Positions 9,900-20,660 of a stretch of 64,000 nucleotides of DNA are shown here, one piece after another. The stretch covers positions 105,855 to 169,854 of IMG/VR virus record IMGVR_UViG_3300035670_010555; one strand, given 5' to 3'. Below the pieces are notes generated by a model, which saw nothing but the letters and a program-made list of their open reading frames with translations, made no database searches and was not told the DNA's origin. A program made the translations under genes and the position numbers. This DNA comes from a virus. The first letter of the stretch is position 1, and each line of letters starts with the position of its first letter.

Positions 9900-10787
9900 T
9901 TATTTATTCAATAAATTTAAGATAACATCAATCACTTCTTGTTTTGCGTCTTCGGGAGAAATTCTTCCCGCTTTTGGGTCAATTTGTTCTCCCGGTCTTG
10001 GATTTTTTCCTGGATGTGCAGGTCTTGTCCGAGGTTTGGTATCAGGTTTAGTAATTGGTTTAGTCGGTGCAGTTGTTGGTTCTGCGGCTTTAGGGTCTAT
10101 TTGTTCTCCTGGTCTTGGATTTTTTCCTGGATGTGCAGGTCTTGTCCGAGGTTTGGTATCTGGTTTAGTTGTAGGTTTTACAGGCGCCGTCAGAGGCGAA
10201 TTTGCTTCTGAAAGATATTTCAATAAGTCACCTTTGGTAATTCTCGGAGGTAAGTTTCTTTCCACGATTTTTGTAATTTCTGATTCTATAAACAAAGATA
10301 CAGGATTTTTTCCTTCTTCCAACTGTTTTTTTACAGATTTTACACATCTTTCAAACTTTCTTGTTTTCTTCGGTCCAAGTTGTGCGTGGCAAATTGCCCA
10401 AGGATTTTTTTCTTGTTCCTCACTCATTCCCATCATTTTTCTATTATCGTCCGAATCATCGTCCATTCCATCAGGAGCCATATCGTTTGCGTCGTGTGGA
10501 GCGTCTTGTCCTGTCAAACTTTGTAAAGCATCAGCCCCCAAAGCGTTTTTATCATCCACGTCATCAGTCTCGGTTTCTTTCATTTCACCGTCCTTTTCAT
10601 AAACCTCAAAAGGTTTTTTCTGACTTTTTAGAGTATTGATAGTCCCCGCATCATCTTTAGACACCATTGTGACTTCATTAACAAGTTTGGAGTGTAAGAT
10701 ACTGATTTGAGATTCTGTTAGTTTACCAACAGTTTTCGCAGATAATCCTTTTTCAATTAATTCGAGGGCTTTTTTATTAATTTTCAT
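9900..10787 (-). CDS. Hypothetical protein with 39-aa Pro/Lys/Thr tandem repeat
   Basis: KPDTKPRTRPAHPGKNPRPGEQIDPKA twice (117-bp period, about 9970-10195); NPWAIC...FERCV motif. Confidence 0.65.
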   Translation of the reverse strand: MKINKKALELIEKGLSAKTVGKLTESQISILHSKLVNEVTMVSKDDAGTINTLKSQKKPFEVYEKDGEMKETETDDVDDKNALGADALQSLTGQDAPHDANDMAPDGMDDDSDDNRKMMGMSEEQEKNPWAICHAQLGPKKTRKFERCVKSVKKQLEEGKNPVSLFIESEITKIVERNLPPRITKGDLLKYLSEANSPLTAPVKPTTKPDTKPRTRPAHPGKNPRPGEQIDPKAAEPTTAPTKPITKPDTKPRTRPAHPGKNPRPGEQIDPKAGRISPEDAKQEVIDVILNLLNK

Positions 10788-11172
10788 AAACTACTTTTTT
10801 TTCGAATTCTAATATCAAATCTCTTTCGTAGAGTTTGTCTTTTATTTGTTGTTCGGTCATTCCAAATCTGAAAACCATTCTTTTATGATTTTCATGTTCT
10901 TCGATTTCCCAGGCTAATGCAACCACATCGTCGATTGCATCTTCCATACAAAAAAAATCGGAGTTCTGAATCAATTCCAATTTTACATCAGTATTTCTCA
11001 GAACTCCTACCTTTTTAATATGATGTAATTCTGGAGGCCCAGGATAACCATTAGATGGTCTACTTTCCCAAGAATCTCCCCAAACATCAAGACTATCAGA
11101 GAAAATGAATTCGTAAAGATTGTCTCCCTTATAATTGGGACCTAAACCATTTACGTATATCAAATAACTCAT
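10777..11172 (-). CDS. Hypothetical protein
   Basis: 131-aa ORF overlapping both neighbours. Confidence 0.6.
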   Translation of the reverse strand: MSYLIYVNGLGPNYKGDNLYEFIFSDSLDVWGDSWESRPSNGYPGPPELHHIKKVGVLRNTDVKLELIQNSDFFCMEDAIDDVVALAWEIEEHENHKRMVFRFGMTEQQIKDKLYERDLILEFEKKVVYEN

Positions 11173-12374
11173 ACTAATAATCCTTCAGGTGATATTTTTA
11201 CTTGTTTTCCTTTATTTTCAAATACTAAGTTTTTCTTATTTGTTACTCCAACAATTTTTGCTGAAGAATTTTCTTCTAAGAATTTTTTAGCAGATAATTC
11301 TTGTTCAATAGTTTCACTTAATTTTACAACTTCTTTCATTTGTTTTCTAACTTCAGAAGTTGATGTACTTTTTTCCTTACTTTCAAGAATTTCTTTTTTC
11401 GTAATTTCAAAATATTTAGAAATTACTTTTTCAATTTTGGATTCTCCAAAAATACTATCGATGATGGCACCATTTCCATATCCGCCTTCTTCCATTTCAT
11501 ATCCCTCAACAGGAACGTCCATATCAGCTTGAATGTCTTCAACTTCACTATCATCAGTCATATCTAATCCATCCATGTCATCACCACCCAAATCTTCAGA
11601 TTCTTCATCAAATTTAGACAGTATATCTTCTCTATCCTCTTCAGATAATGACTTAAGGTCTAATGAAGATAATACCATGTTAATAACATACTTTATATCC
11701 TCAGAAGTCATTGGTTCACGACTATCTAAAGTTCTAATTTTTTGAGTCAGTTTTCCAGTTAACTTTTGAATTGTTTTGAAAGATACCTGTTCTTCTTCTC
11801 CAGGAGTTTCAACATCCATAGATATGTCAGTATCGACTTCTCCTTCAGGACCCATGTCTTCCATACCCATATCGATATTCAACTCATCTTCTCCCGCTGG
11901 CATTTCATCACTTGGAGATGCTGGCAAAGATGGTGCAGGAACTGCTGGTGGTGTTGCAGGTACATCAGATGCTGGCATTGGTTCTGCTGCTGGTTTAGGA
12001 GTTTTTAACGTGAATCTTTTTTGTTCTCCGTATAAAGAAACTTCCTCTTCGTTTTCATTGATTCTGTTCAACTCTCCAGCGACTAAATTTAATCTTTTGA
12101 ATGCCTGAGAATATGAAGAATAGTATTTTCTATTTTTCATTGGCTCAATATAATCAGTCTCAGATTCTGAAATGGTTTTCTTGATGATATAACCCTGTCT
12201 TTCTTTAACTATCTCATATTGGTTACCATCCGCTAAAGAAATAGAGTATTCACTTCTCGCGGTCTCATTAATATTAGATGGAATTACTTCGTTAAAACGA
12301 GCAATTTCCATAATTCTTTTTATTTTATCTTGTCCAGTTAATTTTTCACTGCCAAGTGGTTTCAAATCTCCCAT
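11169..12374 (-). CDS. Hypothetical acidic protein (probable head/internal protein)
   Basis: 401 aa, Pro/acidic linker, KIKRIMEI motif. Confidence 0.6.
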   Translation of the reverse strand: MGDLKPLGSEKLTGQDKIKRIMEIARFNEVIPSNINETARSEYSISLADGNQYEIVKERQGYIIKKTISESETDYIEPMKNRKYYSSYSQAFKRLNLVAGELNRINENEEEVSLYGEQKRFTLKTPKPAAEPMPASDVPATPPAVPAPSLPASPSDEMPAGEDELNIDMGMEDMGPEGEVDTDISMDVETPGEEEQVSFKTIQKLTGKLTQKIRTLDSREPMTSEDIKYVINMVLSSLDLKSLSEEDREDILSKFDEESEDLGGDDMDGLDMTDDSEVEDIQADMDVPVEGYEMEEGGYGNGAIIDSIFGESKIEKVISKYFEITKKEILESKEKSTSTSEVRKQMKEVVKLSETIEQELSAKKFLEENSSAKIVGVTNKKNLVFENKGKQVKISPEGLLV

Positions 12375-12403
12375 ATTACGATTTATTTATATTTTTTGTT
12401 TTT

Positions 12404-13651
12404 TTAATTATTTAATCCTTGAAATCCTCCTAAAGATATTGCATTTAATTGAACTATTGTTACATTCCCATTTTCATCTGTCATTTCTTGGTATGGAACA
12501 GTTGAACCAGCTGGAGCGGTTCCTCCACTAAATGACCCTAACATATCAATAGTATATTGGTATTGTTGATTAACCTCAATAGTATAATCAGGTGTCACAC
12601 TCGGAGTAGGTGTTGCGGTTGGAGTTGATGCCGGAGTCCCCGTTGGTGTCGGAGTTGACCCTGCAGTGCCTGTTGGTGATGCGGTAATACTCGGTGTTGG
12701 TGAATTAGTTGCAGTATTTGTTGGAGTTGACGTTTGAGTTGTAGTCACACTTGGTGTTGGAGTGGTGGTTGAAGTTGTTGTATTAGTAGGTGTTTGAGTT
12801 TGTGTCGCAGTATTAGTAGGTGTTTGAGTTGTGGTTGGTGTTGGTGTTACTTCCGCAGTTCCTGTTTGAGTTGGTGTCGGTGTTTGTGTAGATGTTGTAG
12901 TCGGAGTTGGAGTATTAGAGGCGGTAGGCGTTGGAGTAATGTCTCCAAGACACTCAACACAAGTATTCCATGGTCCGTTGAAAATAGTAACAGTTGCTGC
13001 TAATGGAGTTTCAATTCCGTTAACAACAGTATAACATTGATGACTACCATCCGGTAATGATAAGTCATATATTTTATCATTTATTAAACTACCTATAAAC
13101 TTGGCATAAAACGCATCTCCTCCTGAACATGGTGTTATAATATAATATGTAAACGGTAGTGGAGATTTCGTTGGTGTAACCGTATTAGTCGGTGTAACTG
13201 TAGGTGTGGATGTGTTTGTTGCCGTTACAGTCGCAGTTGGGGTATTAGTTGCGGTATTCGTCGGAGTTGCAGTATTTGTTGGTGTCACAGTTGGAGTTGC
13301 GGTATTCGTTGCGGTTTGAGTATTTGTTGGTGTATGAGTATTAGTCGGAGTCGCGGTATTTGTTGGAGTTATAGTATTTGTTGGAGTTTGTGTTGGTGTT
13401 GCGGTATTAGATGCGGTAGGAGTTGGAGTAACATCTCCAAGACACTCAATACAATTATCCCATGGCCCATTAAATATTGTTGCAGTCGCGGCTAAAGGAG
13501 TGTCAAAACCAGGTCCAATAGAATAACATCCGTTAGAACCTCCTCCGATGATAAGGTCGTAGATTTTACCTACAATGAGATTTTCTTCCGACTTTATGTA
13601 TAAAGTATTAGAAGAATTACAAGAAGACGCAATATAATAATTAAAAGCCAT
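12404..13651 (-). CDS. Pro/Thr-repeat protein with duplicated Cys-containing domain (putative virion surface protein)
   Basis: Two copies of YYI..C...KIYDL...CY...TPLAA..TIFNGPW..C.ECLGD separated by (TPT)n linkers. Confidence 0.6.
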   Translation of the reverse strand: MAFNYYIASSCNSSNTLYIKSEENLIVGKIYDLIIGGGSNGCYSIGPGFDTPLAATATIFNGPWDNCIECLGDVTPTPTASNTATPTQTPTNTITPTNTATPTNTHTPTNTQTATNTATPTVTPTNTATPTNTATNTPTATVTATNTSTPTVTPTNTVTPTKSPLPFTYYIITPCSGGDAFYAKFIGSLINDKIYDLSLPDGSHQCYTVVNGIETPLAATVTIFNGPWNTCVECLGDITPTPTASNTPTPTTTSTQTPTPTQTGTAEVTPTPTTTQTPTNTATQTQTPTNTTTSTTTPTPSVTTTQTSTPTNTATNSPTPSITASPTGTAGSTPTPTGTPASTPTATPTPSVTPDYTIEVNQQYQYTIDMLGSFSGGTAPAGSTVPYQEMTDENGNVTIVQLNAISLGGFQGLNN

Positions 13652-13704
13652 TTAATTTTTTCTTTATAAATATATGGTTATTCACATTTATTAAGGTGTA
13701 AGTA

Positions 13705-14448
13705 TCAGTCTTCCAATTTTCTCTCAATAGAAAGTTCTTTATCGAGAGCTTTATTTGACATATCAAACAATCTTTCAATGTGACCTGATCTTCTTAAAAA
13801 CTTAAAAACCAAGTTTTCATATGAAAGTTCACCCTCTTTTTCCAACCCTGATTTTCTATAATTTTTCAATTTTTCTTTAATCGAATCTATCAACTTAATA
13901 TCATCTTCCGAACTTTCAGATTCAATTACTTTATCAATTTTTTCAGTCCAATTTTTGATTTTCTTTTCCAAAACTGATTTATCAATTTCATTTTCTAACT
14001 GTTTAGGTTTTGTTACCCACTCATCATTCATCACTGAATAAACACCTGTTGCGAAATGTGGCTCTTCATTATCTTGTGCATATAATTCAACATCATATCC
14101 AAATATTTTAATGTCGTGTTTGTCGTTGAATACTTGTTTCTTTAGATTATATAATTCTTTATACAATGTTGCTTCGTCTTCGAATTGTTGTAAATCTACT
14201 AAAATGTGCAAATCAAAATCAGAATATTCTGACCAATTAAAATTTGCCAACGAACCAGTCAAAACGATATCTTCAACAAAAACCTCTTCACCAAGATAAT
14301 CGATGAATTTTTCAGCAATCTTCAATAAAGCGTTTTTCACCTTAGGAACCATTGTTGCTTTCTGTGGGTTCTCAGGATTCTCCCAAATTTTTGGATTGAG
14401 AGTTTCTTGTACTGAAAAACTATTAAGGATTTTTTGAAAATTATTCAT
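13705..14448 (-). CDS. Pol-beta superfamily nucleotidyltransferase-like protein
   Basis: LTGSLANFNWSEYSDFDLH (GS...DxD) plus later VELY acidic residue. Confidence 0.65.
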   Translation of the reverse strand: MNNFQKILNSFSVQETLNPKIWENPENPQKATMVPKVKNALLKIAEKFIDYLGEEVFVEDIVLTGSLANFNWSEYSDFDLHILVDLQQFEDEATLYKELYNLKKQVFNDKHDIKIFGYDVELYAQDNEEPHFATGVYSVMNDEWVTKPKQLENEIDKSVLEKKIKNWTEKIDKVIESESSEDDIKLIDSIKEKLKNYRKSGLEKEGELSYENLVFKFLRRSGHIERLFDMSNKALDKELSIERKLED

Positions 14449-14459
14449 CTAGATAAATA

Positions 14460-14702
14460 CTATAATTTCTTATACTTGAATGTCTTTGATATGTCCGTAG
14501 TAAAAAATTTTCCTTGCGACTCCGACATTCTGAATTTTGTATACACTTGGTGAGGGACATCATCATACTCATATTTGAACCCGTTATTAAATTCTACTAC
14601 AAGTTTTTTCGTTTCCGTGTCGTATTCTGTTTTTTTAATGTTGGAAGATTTTATTTCATTAATAATCTTCGTCCCCTGAATCTCTTCTTTCAGTATTGCC
14701 AT
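14460..14702 (-). CDS. KTSC domain protein
   Basis: SSNI...YD.....L.VEF.NG..YEY.DVP..VY..F..S.S.GKFF. Confidence 0.9.
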   Translation of the reverse strand: MAILKEEIQGTKIINEIKSSNIKKTEYDTETKKLVVEFNNGFKYEYDDVPHQVYTKFRMSESQGKFFTTDISKTFKYKKL

Positions 14703-14991
14703 CTTTAAGTGGGGTTAATTCGTTTATTTTTAATAGTTGCGGCATAATAAAATCCGCGATTTCGTCTCTAGTCGCATCAAAACCATAATTCTGAATAAAT
14801 CTAACCACTTCGTTAAATTCATTATTAAACTTTTCTTGTAGACTCATCATCTTAAAAGTGTATGTTGGGGGATTGTCTAGTTCTGATTCACTAAATCCCA
14901 TCTCCTGTAAATGTTGTCTCAATCTTAAATAAATGTCCAAGAGATCTCTTAAATGAGAAGAATGAGTTAGATATTTTTCAAAAGGTTTCAT
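14659..14991 (-). CDS. Hypothetical protein
   Basis: ORF track 14659..15054; likely start is MKPFEK at 14991. Confidence 0.5.
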   Translation of the reverse strand: MKPFEKYLTHSSHLRDLLDIYLRLRQHLQEMGFSESELDNPPTYTFKMMSLQEKFNNEFNEVVRFIQNYGFDATRDEIADFIMPQLLKINELTPLKDGNTERRDSGDEDY

Positions 14992-15072
14992 AAATATAAA
15001 TATTATAAAAATTTTTTGTATATAAAGTACCGCAAAAATAAAAAACCCCCACATTTGTGTGAGGGTTTATGA

Positions 15073-15444
15073 TTACTTCAACTTCTTGAGTTGGTCTCGG
15101 ATTTCAATCGATTTTTCAAAATTTTGTTCTTCGATTGATTTTTTAAGTTCCTCTTCAAGTTTGTCGATTTCCTTTTGGTTAGATTCCAATTTCTTGATTT
15201 GGTCTCTTAGTTCAACCGCCCTTTCAAAATCTTCATTTTCGATTGCAATTTCAAGTTGTTGTTTCAAATTTTTTGAAGTTGGGTTTGTTTTAGTGTTGTC
15301 GTAGTAATACGTAGTTATTTTCATTGTCCCATCTTCTGAAACTTTAGTTTGAGTTTTCCACTCACCGTTATTTGGGGTTAATTGTGTGAACATTTCATCG
15401 AATGCTCTAAAGATGTCATTATAAGATCTTCTGTTACCAAACAT
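15073..15444 (-). CDS. Double UvrB/C (UVR) motif protein, putative ClpC adaptor
   Basis: LEIAIENEDFERAVELRDQI and LKKSIEEQNFEKSIEIRDQL; divergent from clpC. Confidence 0.75.
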   Translation of the reverse strand: MFGNRRSYNDIFRAFDEMFTQLTPNNGEWKTQTKVSEDGTMKITTYYYDNTKTNPTSKNLKQQLEIAIENEDFERAVELRDQIKKLESNQKEIDKLEEELKKSIEEQNFEKSIEIRDQLKKLK

Positions 15445-15621
15445 AATTTTAATTTTTTGTTTTAAGTTTATTTGTTATCTTTGTATTCAAGATTGGTGCC
15501 GACCATAATAATATGACAATCTGTCAGAAAAACAAAGTTTTTTTACTTTTTTTATGACAACTTGTCTTTTTATTTGGAAAAGAATAAATTTTGATATTAC
15601 TTTGTAAAAACTAAAAAACGT

Positions 15622-17634
15622 ATGAACGACTTAATGGACGACGAAGACAAAATGATGAGTAAAAAACAGAAGTCAGGAGATACCTCGACACCTGTGCTAG
15701 ACAATTTCAGTAGAGACTTGAATAAACTTGCAGAGGCGGGTAAATTGGACCCTGTCATCGGAAGAGACCGAGAGATTCTACGAATCGCTCAAATTCTTTC
15801 CCGAAGAAAGAAAAATAACCCAATTATTCTTGGTGAACCTGGTTGTGGTAAGACCGCAATCGTTGAAGGTTTGGCAATGAAAATTGTTAATGGTGATTGT
15901 CCTCGTAATCTCTTGGATAAGAGATTGGTTAACCTTGACCTAACTTCAGTTGTTGCCGGTACAAAGTATCGTGGACAATTTGAAGAAAGAATGAAGGTTA
16001 TCATTGAAGAACTTCAAGCTAATCCTAACATCATCGTATTCATTGATGAGATTCATACGTTGGTTGGTTCAGGTAATTCCTCAGGTTCGATGGATGGTTC
16101 CAACATTTTCAAACCAGCATTGGCACGTGGTGAACTACAAGTAATCGGTGCAACCACTTTGGATGAATTCAGAAAGAACATCGAAAAAGATGGGGCATTG
16201 GAACGTAGATTCCAAAAAGTCATTGTTGACCCATCTACAGTGACTGAGACAATCCAAATTTTGAAAAATGTTCGGGACAAATACGAAACATATCACAAAG
16301 TGACTTATTCCGATGAAGTCATTGAAACTTGTGTTAAGTTGGCGGATAGATATATCACCGACCGTGAATTCCCTGACAAAGCATTCGACATCTTGGATGA
16401 AGTTGGAGCTAGAATGCAAACCGAACTTAAGGTTCCCGAAGCAATCGAAGAGTTGAAGCGTAAGGCTGCAGAGCTGAAACAACAGAAGTTGGATGTAGTT
16501 AAAAAACAGAATTACGAACAAGCGGCACAACTCAGAGACAAGGAAAAAAAGTTGTTGGACAAATTGGAACAAGAAAAACAAAAGTTCGAGGAACAAATGT
16601 CCAAAGACAAACAAAAGGTCGGAATGGATGATGTTTATGATGTTGTTTCAAACATGACTAAAATCCCTGTTAACAAAATGTCTACAGATGATACCAAAGC
16701 GTTGTTGAACTTAGATAAACACATTGTTGGAACTGTCATTGGTCAGGATGCTGCGGTCATCAAGGTTGCAAAATCTATCAAGAGAAACCGACTTGGTATC
16801 AAAGATCCAAATCGTCCGATTGGTTCATTCGTTTTCTTGGGTTCAACTGGTGTTGGTAAAACTCACCTTGCAAAACAACTTGCAAAAGAAATGTTTGGAA
16901 GTGAGGACGCACTAATCCGTGTGGATATGTCTGAGTACCAAGAGAAACACACCGTATCCAAATTAGTTGGAGCTCCTCCAGGCTATGTTGGATATGAAGA
17001 AGGTGGGTTGTTGACTGAGAAAGTTAAGAACAAACCTTACTCTGTTATCTTGTTCGATGAGGTTGAGAAAGCTCACAAGGACGTATTCACGGTGTTACTA
17101 CAAATCTTGGACGATGGTCACGTTACAGATAGTTTGGGTAGAAAGATTAATTTCAAAAACACTTTGATTATCTTAACATCAAATCTTGGAGTTAAAAAAC
17201 TACAGGACTTCGGGACTGGTATTGGATTCTCAAATAATACCTATAGTAACGAAGAAGCGAAGAAAGATATCTTGATGAAAGAAATGAAAAATTTCTTTTC
17301 TCCTGAGTTTATTAATCGTATCGATGACACCATCGTTTTCAATTCTCTATCTCAAGAGGATATCAAGAAAATCACTGACATCGAACTTAAGAAGTTGATG
17401 AATCGTCTTGACGAAATGAAGTATAAGATTACTTATGATGAATCACTTTTGAATTACCTATCAAAAATCGGATATGATGAGGTATACGGTGCAAGACCAC
17501 TCAAGAGAGCGATTCAGGATAAAGTTGAAGACTTATTATCTGAAGAAGTTCTGACCGACAAAATTATCGTAGGAAAAACCTACGTGATTAAAGTCGAAGA
17601 TGAAGTAGTCAAAGTAGTCAAGAAAGGTCGGTAA
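15622..17634 (+). CDS. clpC: ClpC-type AAA+ unfoldase lacking the N-terminal Clp-repeat domain
   Basis: [17 protein letters not shown]-like M domain ([13 protein letters not shown]), [25 protein letters not shown] loop; only about 25 aa precede [10 protein letters not shown]. Confidence 0.92.
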   Translation: MNDLMDDEDKMMSKKQKSGDTSTPVLDNFSRDLNKLAEAGKLDPVIGRDREILRIAQILSRRKKNNPIILGEPGCGKTAIVEGLAMKIVNGDCPRNLLDKRLVNLDLTSVVAGTKYRGQFEERMKVIIEELQANPNIIVFIDEIHTLVGSGNSSGSMDGSNIFKPALARGELQVIGATTLDEFRKNIEKDGALERRFQKVIVDPSTVTETIQILKNVRDKYETYHKVTYSDEVIETCVKLADRYITDREFPDKAFDILDEVGARMQTELKVPEAIEELKRKAAELKQQKLDVVKKQNYEQAAQLRDKEKKLLDKLEQEKQKFEEQMSKDKQKVGMDDVYDVVSNMTKIPVNKMSTDDTKALLNLDKHIVGTVIGQDAAVIKVAKSIKRNRLGIKDPNRPIGSFVFLGSTGVGKTHLAKQLAKEMFGSEDALIRVDMSEYQEKHTVSKLVGAPPGYVGYEEGGLLTEKVKNKPYSVILFDEVEKAHKDVFTVLLQILDDGHVTDSLGRKINFKNTLIILTSNLGVKKLQDFGTGIGFSNNTYSNEEAKKDILMKEMKNFFSPEFINRIDDTIVFNSLSQEDIKKITDIELKKLMNRLDEMKYKITYDESLLNYLSKIGYDEVYGARPLKRAIQDKVEDLLSEEVLTDKIIVGKTYVIKVEDEVVKVVKKGR

Positions 17635-17637
17635 ATT

Positions 17638-17663
17638 AAAAAGGGGAGAAATCCCCTTTTTTT
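17638..17663 (+). terminator. Intrinsic terminator after clpC
   Basis: aaggggagaaatcccctttttttt. Confidence 0.75.
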
Positions 17664-17676
17664 TATATTTATAATC

Positions 17677-18285
17677 ATGAGTAATTTCTCCCGACTGTTA
17701 GACAAATTCAAAAATTCATTTCCAGAAGATTTACAATCAAAAGTTGATGTAATTGAAAATTACGTGGCAAACTACATCCAAGAAAATAACATCAATGTAA
17801 AATTTTTGAATTCTTGTAATGCGGGATTCAAAGGAGTTAGAACAAGAGACCAAATTATTATTTGTTCTCCTTTTGGTATGGAAACCATAGGGGATTTTTT
17901 ATATACCATATTTCACGAAATTAGGCATGAACAGCAGATTAGAGATTTGAAAATGTTAAATCCTTTAACGGATTTTGATTTAGAGGATTTCGAGGCTCTT
18001 TACGAACAATACTGGAATATGGAGTTGGATGCCGACAAATTCGCAAAAGAAATGGTGGCAAAACTGGTAATCAAATTGGGGATTCCAATCGACATTGCGA
18101 AAAAATTATTTTCGTTATCACTATACGTTCAGCAATATCCAACCATGTCAAACATGGTTCGTGGAGGGATTCAACAAATTATTAACGACATTAAGAGAAT
18201 AAAAAAATCGGGTGGAGAATATACTGACATTCAAGACCACCCGGTAGTACAAAGACACATAGATAAGTTAGAAGATTTTATTTAA
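17677..18285 (+). CDS. HEXXH zincin-like protein
   Basis: TIFHEIRHEQQ...ELDADKFA. Confidence 0.6.
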   Translation: MSNFSRLLDKFKNSFPEDLQSKVDVIENYVANYIQENNINVKFLNSCNAGFKGVRTRDQIIICSPFGMETIGDFLYTIFHEIRHEQQIRDLKMLNPLTDFDLEDFEALYEQYWNMELDADKFAKEMVAKLVIKLGIPIDIAKKLFSLSLYVQQYPTMSNMVRGGIQQIINDIKRIKKSGGEYTDIQDHPVVQRHIDKLEDFI

Positions 18286-19119
18286 TCAAAACGGATGAAA
18301 CTGTCCTCTTGGTACTGACTTTTTGAAATGTAATTTATAACCCAACTCTTCAATCATTTTTCTTCCCATTTCTATACCGTTGAATACGTCCTCGATGATT
18401 ACATATTCTTCAGGACTATGATAATCATAATAACCAATAGAAAAATTAATACAAGAAAAATCGAATTTACTTCTCAAAGCATAAACGTCAGTATATGGGT
18501 GAACCATATATCGCATTTGTTCGGTAATCATTCCTTCAGTCAAAACTTTATCAATTTTTTCGAAGAACTCGGTACCTCTGTCGAATAACACTTGCCCAAA
18601 ACATGTCTCAGTAATCATCCAATTTTCCGGAGCATCGAACTGAATACCATATCCAACATTTTCAAAAAATTTGGAATCGGCCGCTTTTGAACCATGGCAT
18701 CCAGTTTCTTCTGAAACAAAGAATGCTGCTTTAAGGTATGGTAATTCTTTTAGTAAAGTTAAACAAGCAAACACTCCACACTTATCGTCTCCTCCAATAC
18801 CTGTCGGCATCTCGTTATCATTGAATGCCTTTAACGCTGGTTTCAATTCCCCTTGAGCGTTTTTTAACATCATTTCTTTAACGTTGATTGTATCAATATG
18901 GTGAACTGTATCGGTATGCGATATTACACAAGGAAAATAAAAATCTTCGGGAAGTTCAGTTGTTTCTTTTTTGGTTGCGTAGATATTCATTTTGTCATCA
19001 ACATAATGTTCTATATTGTTTTCGGTTAACCAATTAACCAAAAATTCAACCATACGATGTTCTTGGTAAGTTTTTGTGGGTACGCTCAAAACTTCTTTGA
19101 GTAACGTTATATCTTTCAT
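18286..19119 (-). CDS. M20/M28 family zinc peptidase
   Basis: SHTDTV, GGDDKCG, SEETG, QFD, YHSPEE. Confidence 0.8.
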   Translation of the reverse strand: MKDITLLKEVLSVPTKTYQEHRMVEFLVNWLTENNIEHYVDDKMNIYATKKETTELPEDFYFPCVISHTDTVHHIDTINVKEMMLKNAQGELKPALKAFNDNEMPTGIGGDDKCGVFACLTLLKELPYLKAAFFVSEETGCHGSKAADSKFFENVGYGIQFDAPENWMITETCFGQVLFDRGTEFFEKIDKVLTEGMITEQMRYMVHPYTDVYALRSKFDFSCINFSIGYYDYHSPEEYVIIEDVFNGIEMGRKMIEELGYKLHFKKSVPRGQFHPF

Positions 19120-19139
19120 TTTACAAAGATATAAATAAA

Positions 19140-20183
19140 TTAGATTTCATCCAAACTAAATAATGAAGGTTGGTATAATAAATTGTAAAAATTTTGTTCA
19201 CTCATTAATATACTTTTTTGCTTCAATCCCTTTGATAATGTTACCACCACTTTCATCTCAGGAAACTTAAATCCTTCAATTTTGAACCTTGTTTCTTTTT
19301 TGGGGTCTTTTGGTAAAAAGTAGTATTCTTCTTGTCTGAATTTTTTCAAAATTCTAGAAGTCATGTCAGTGAAATCTTTGAAGCTAACTCCTTCCTCTTC
19401 TCCATCTTCCTGAATCGTATCCAAAATTTCAGTAAAAATTGTGTTTGCGGTTCTATTGAAACTTGCAGAATCAAAATCATCAGGGTCTTGGTATGCATAA
19501 TAATCTTCTTGCCAACCACCTGGTGCTTGCTTTCTACCAAAAATTCTTTCTAATAATTCTTTCGAAGAAATGTGAAGGTCACCCTCGTTAATATATAATG
19601 CTATCAAGTCCGCCACCGTAATTCTAAATCCATCTGTATAAGCGTCGATACCCAACTCATCGAAATACTCATCCATCTCTTTATTCATCGCGGTCGAAAG
19701 AGATCTTTGGAACGCGTGATTTTTTTCGTAGACATAATCTTCGATGACATACTTTATTTTTTTTCCAAAATTATCCATCAATACTCGGGATAACTCTTTT
19801 CTGTATTCGTCATCTGAAAAGTCGACTTTCATGGGAAGTATTGCTCTAGAAATTTCAGATAATATTTGTTTATTTTCGTCATCTAAAGTATAGTAAAAAC
19901 TATACCCTTCCATAAAATCTTCTGTGGAGGAATAATGGTCTATAAATTCATAATCGTTATACGGGGAATTAATCACTTGATAAAACCAAACATCATCTTC
20001 CGATAATCCCAACGCCTCTAAAAATTCTTGTTGATTTTTGAACTCAACACTTATAACACTTTGACCTGGCGTATTTCGGTCCTCTCTCATGTACGAGAAT
20101 AAATCATCCGAAGATAATAATTCATCTTTAGTTATTTTTCTTTTAGCATAATTCCTTAATGATCTGAAAGTTTCGTAATTCAT
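19140..20183 (-). CDS. Hypothetical acidic protein
   Basis: ORF; likely start MNYETF at 20183, downstream of TATTTAT. Confidence 0.55.
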   Translation of the reverse strand: MNYETFRSLRNYAKRKITKDELLSSDDLFSYMREDRNTPGQSVISVEFKNQQEFLEALGLSEDDVWFYQVINSPYNDYEFIDHYSSTEDFMEGYSFYYTLDDENKQILSEISRAILPMKVDFSDDEYRKELSRVLMDNFGKKIKYVIEDYVYEKNHAFQRSLSTAMNKEMDEYFDELGIDAYTDGFRITVADLIALYINEGDLHISSKELLERIFGRKQAPGGWQEDYYAYQDPDDFDSASFNRTANTIFTEILDTIQEDGEEEGVSFKDFTDMTSRILKKFRQEEYYFLPKDPKKETRFKIEGFKFPEMKVVVTLSKGLKQKSILMSEQNFYNLLYQPSLFSLDEI

Positions 20184-20246
20184 ACTACAAATAAATATCA
20201 ATTCTGTTGGATTTGGAAATATTTATACATACATTTGTAAAACAAT

Positions 20247-20660
20247 GGGGTAGACAGGTATCGATTGGCATTGTTGGGGATAAGTGGCACGTAGTCAGAA
20301 TTCATCTATGACTTAAATCTATGGTGAAGAAAGTAAACGGCAATACTCTTGCTAAGATGTCTGCTCTAGGTTTAACTAGAGAAGCGTCTGTTGTAACTGC
20401 TTAATTAGTTGATACAACGTCAGGTCGAATGGGCATATAACCTAGGAACAGAAGCCCTCTAAGGTGTGATACCACCCGAAGCGTATCGAAGGTCACGTTC
20501 AGAGGACTACCTTAGTATAAGTGAACTCGACACAGTTGTTGGTAACGATGTCAAAATAGGAACCAAATATTTCGGAAGGTATAACAAACCTTGACCTAAA
20601 CGTGTAGTCATTTATTGTCAAGGTGAGCAAGACCGGAGTTCGACTCTCCGCTACTCCACC
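20247..20660 (+). ncRNA. ssrA: tmRNA
   Basis: GGGGTAG...CTACTCC-A-CC acceptor with G3.U70; GGAG-TTCGACT-CTCC T arm; tag ORF 20339-20404 GNTLAKMSALGLTREASVVTA*; TACATTTG promoter at 20230; terminator about 20667-20695. Confidence 0.9.
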
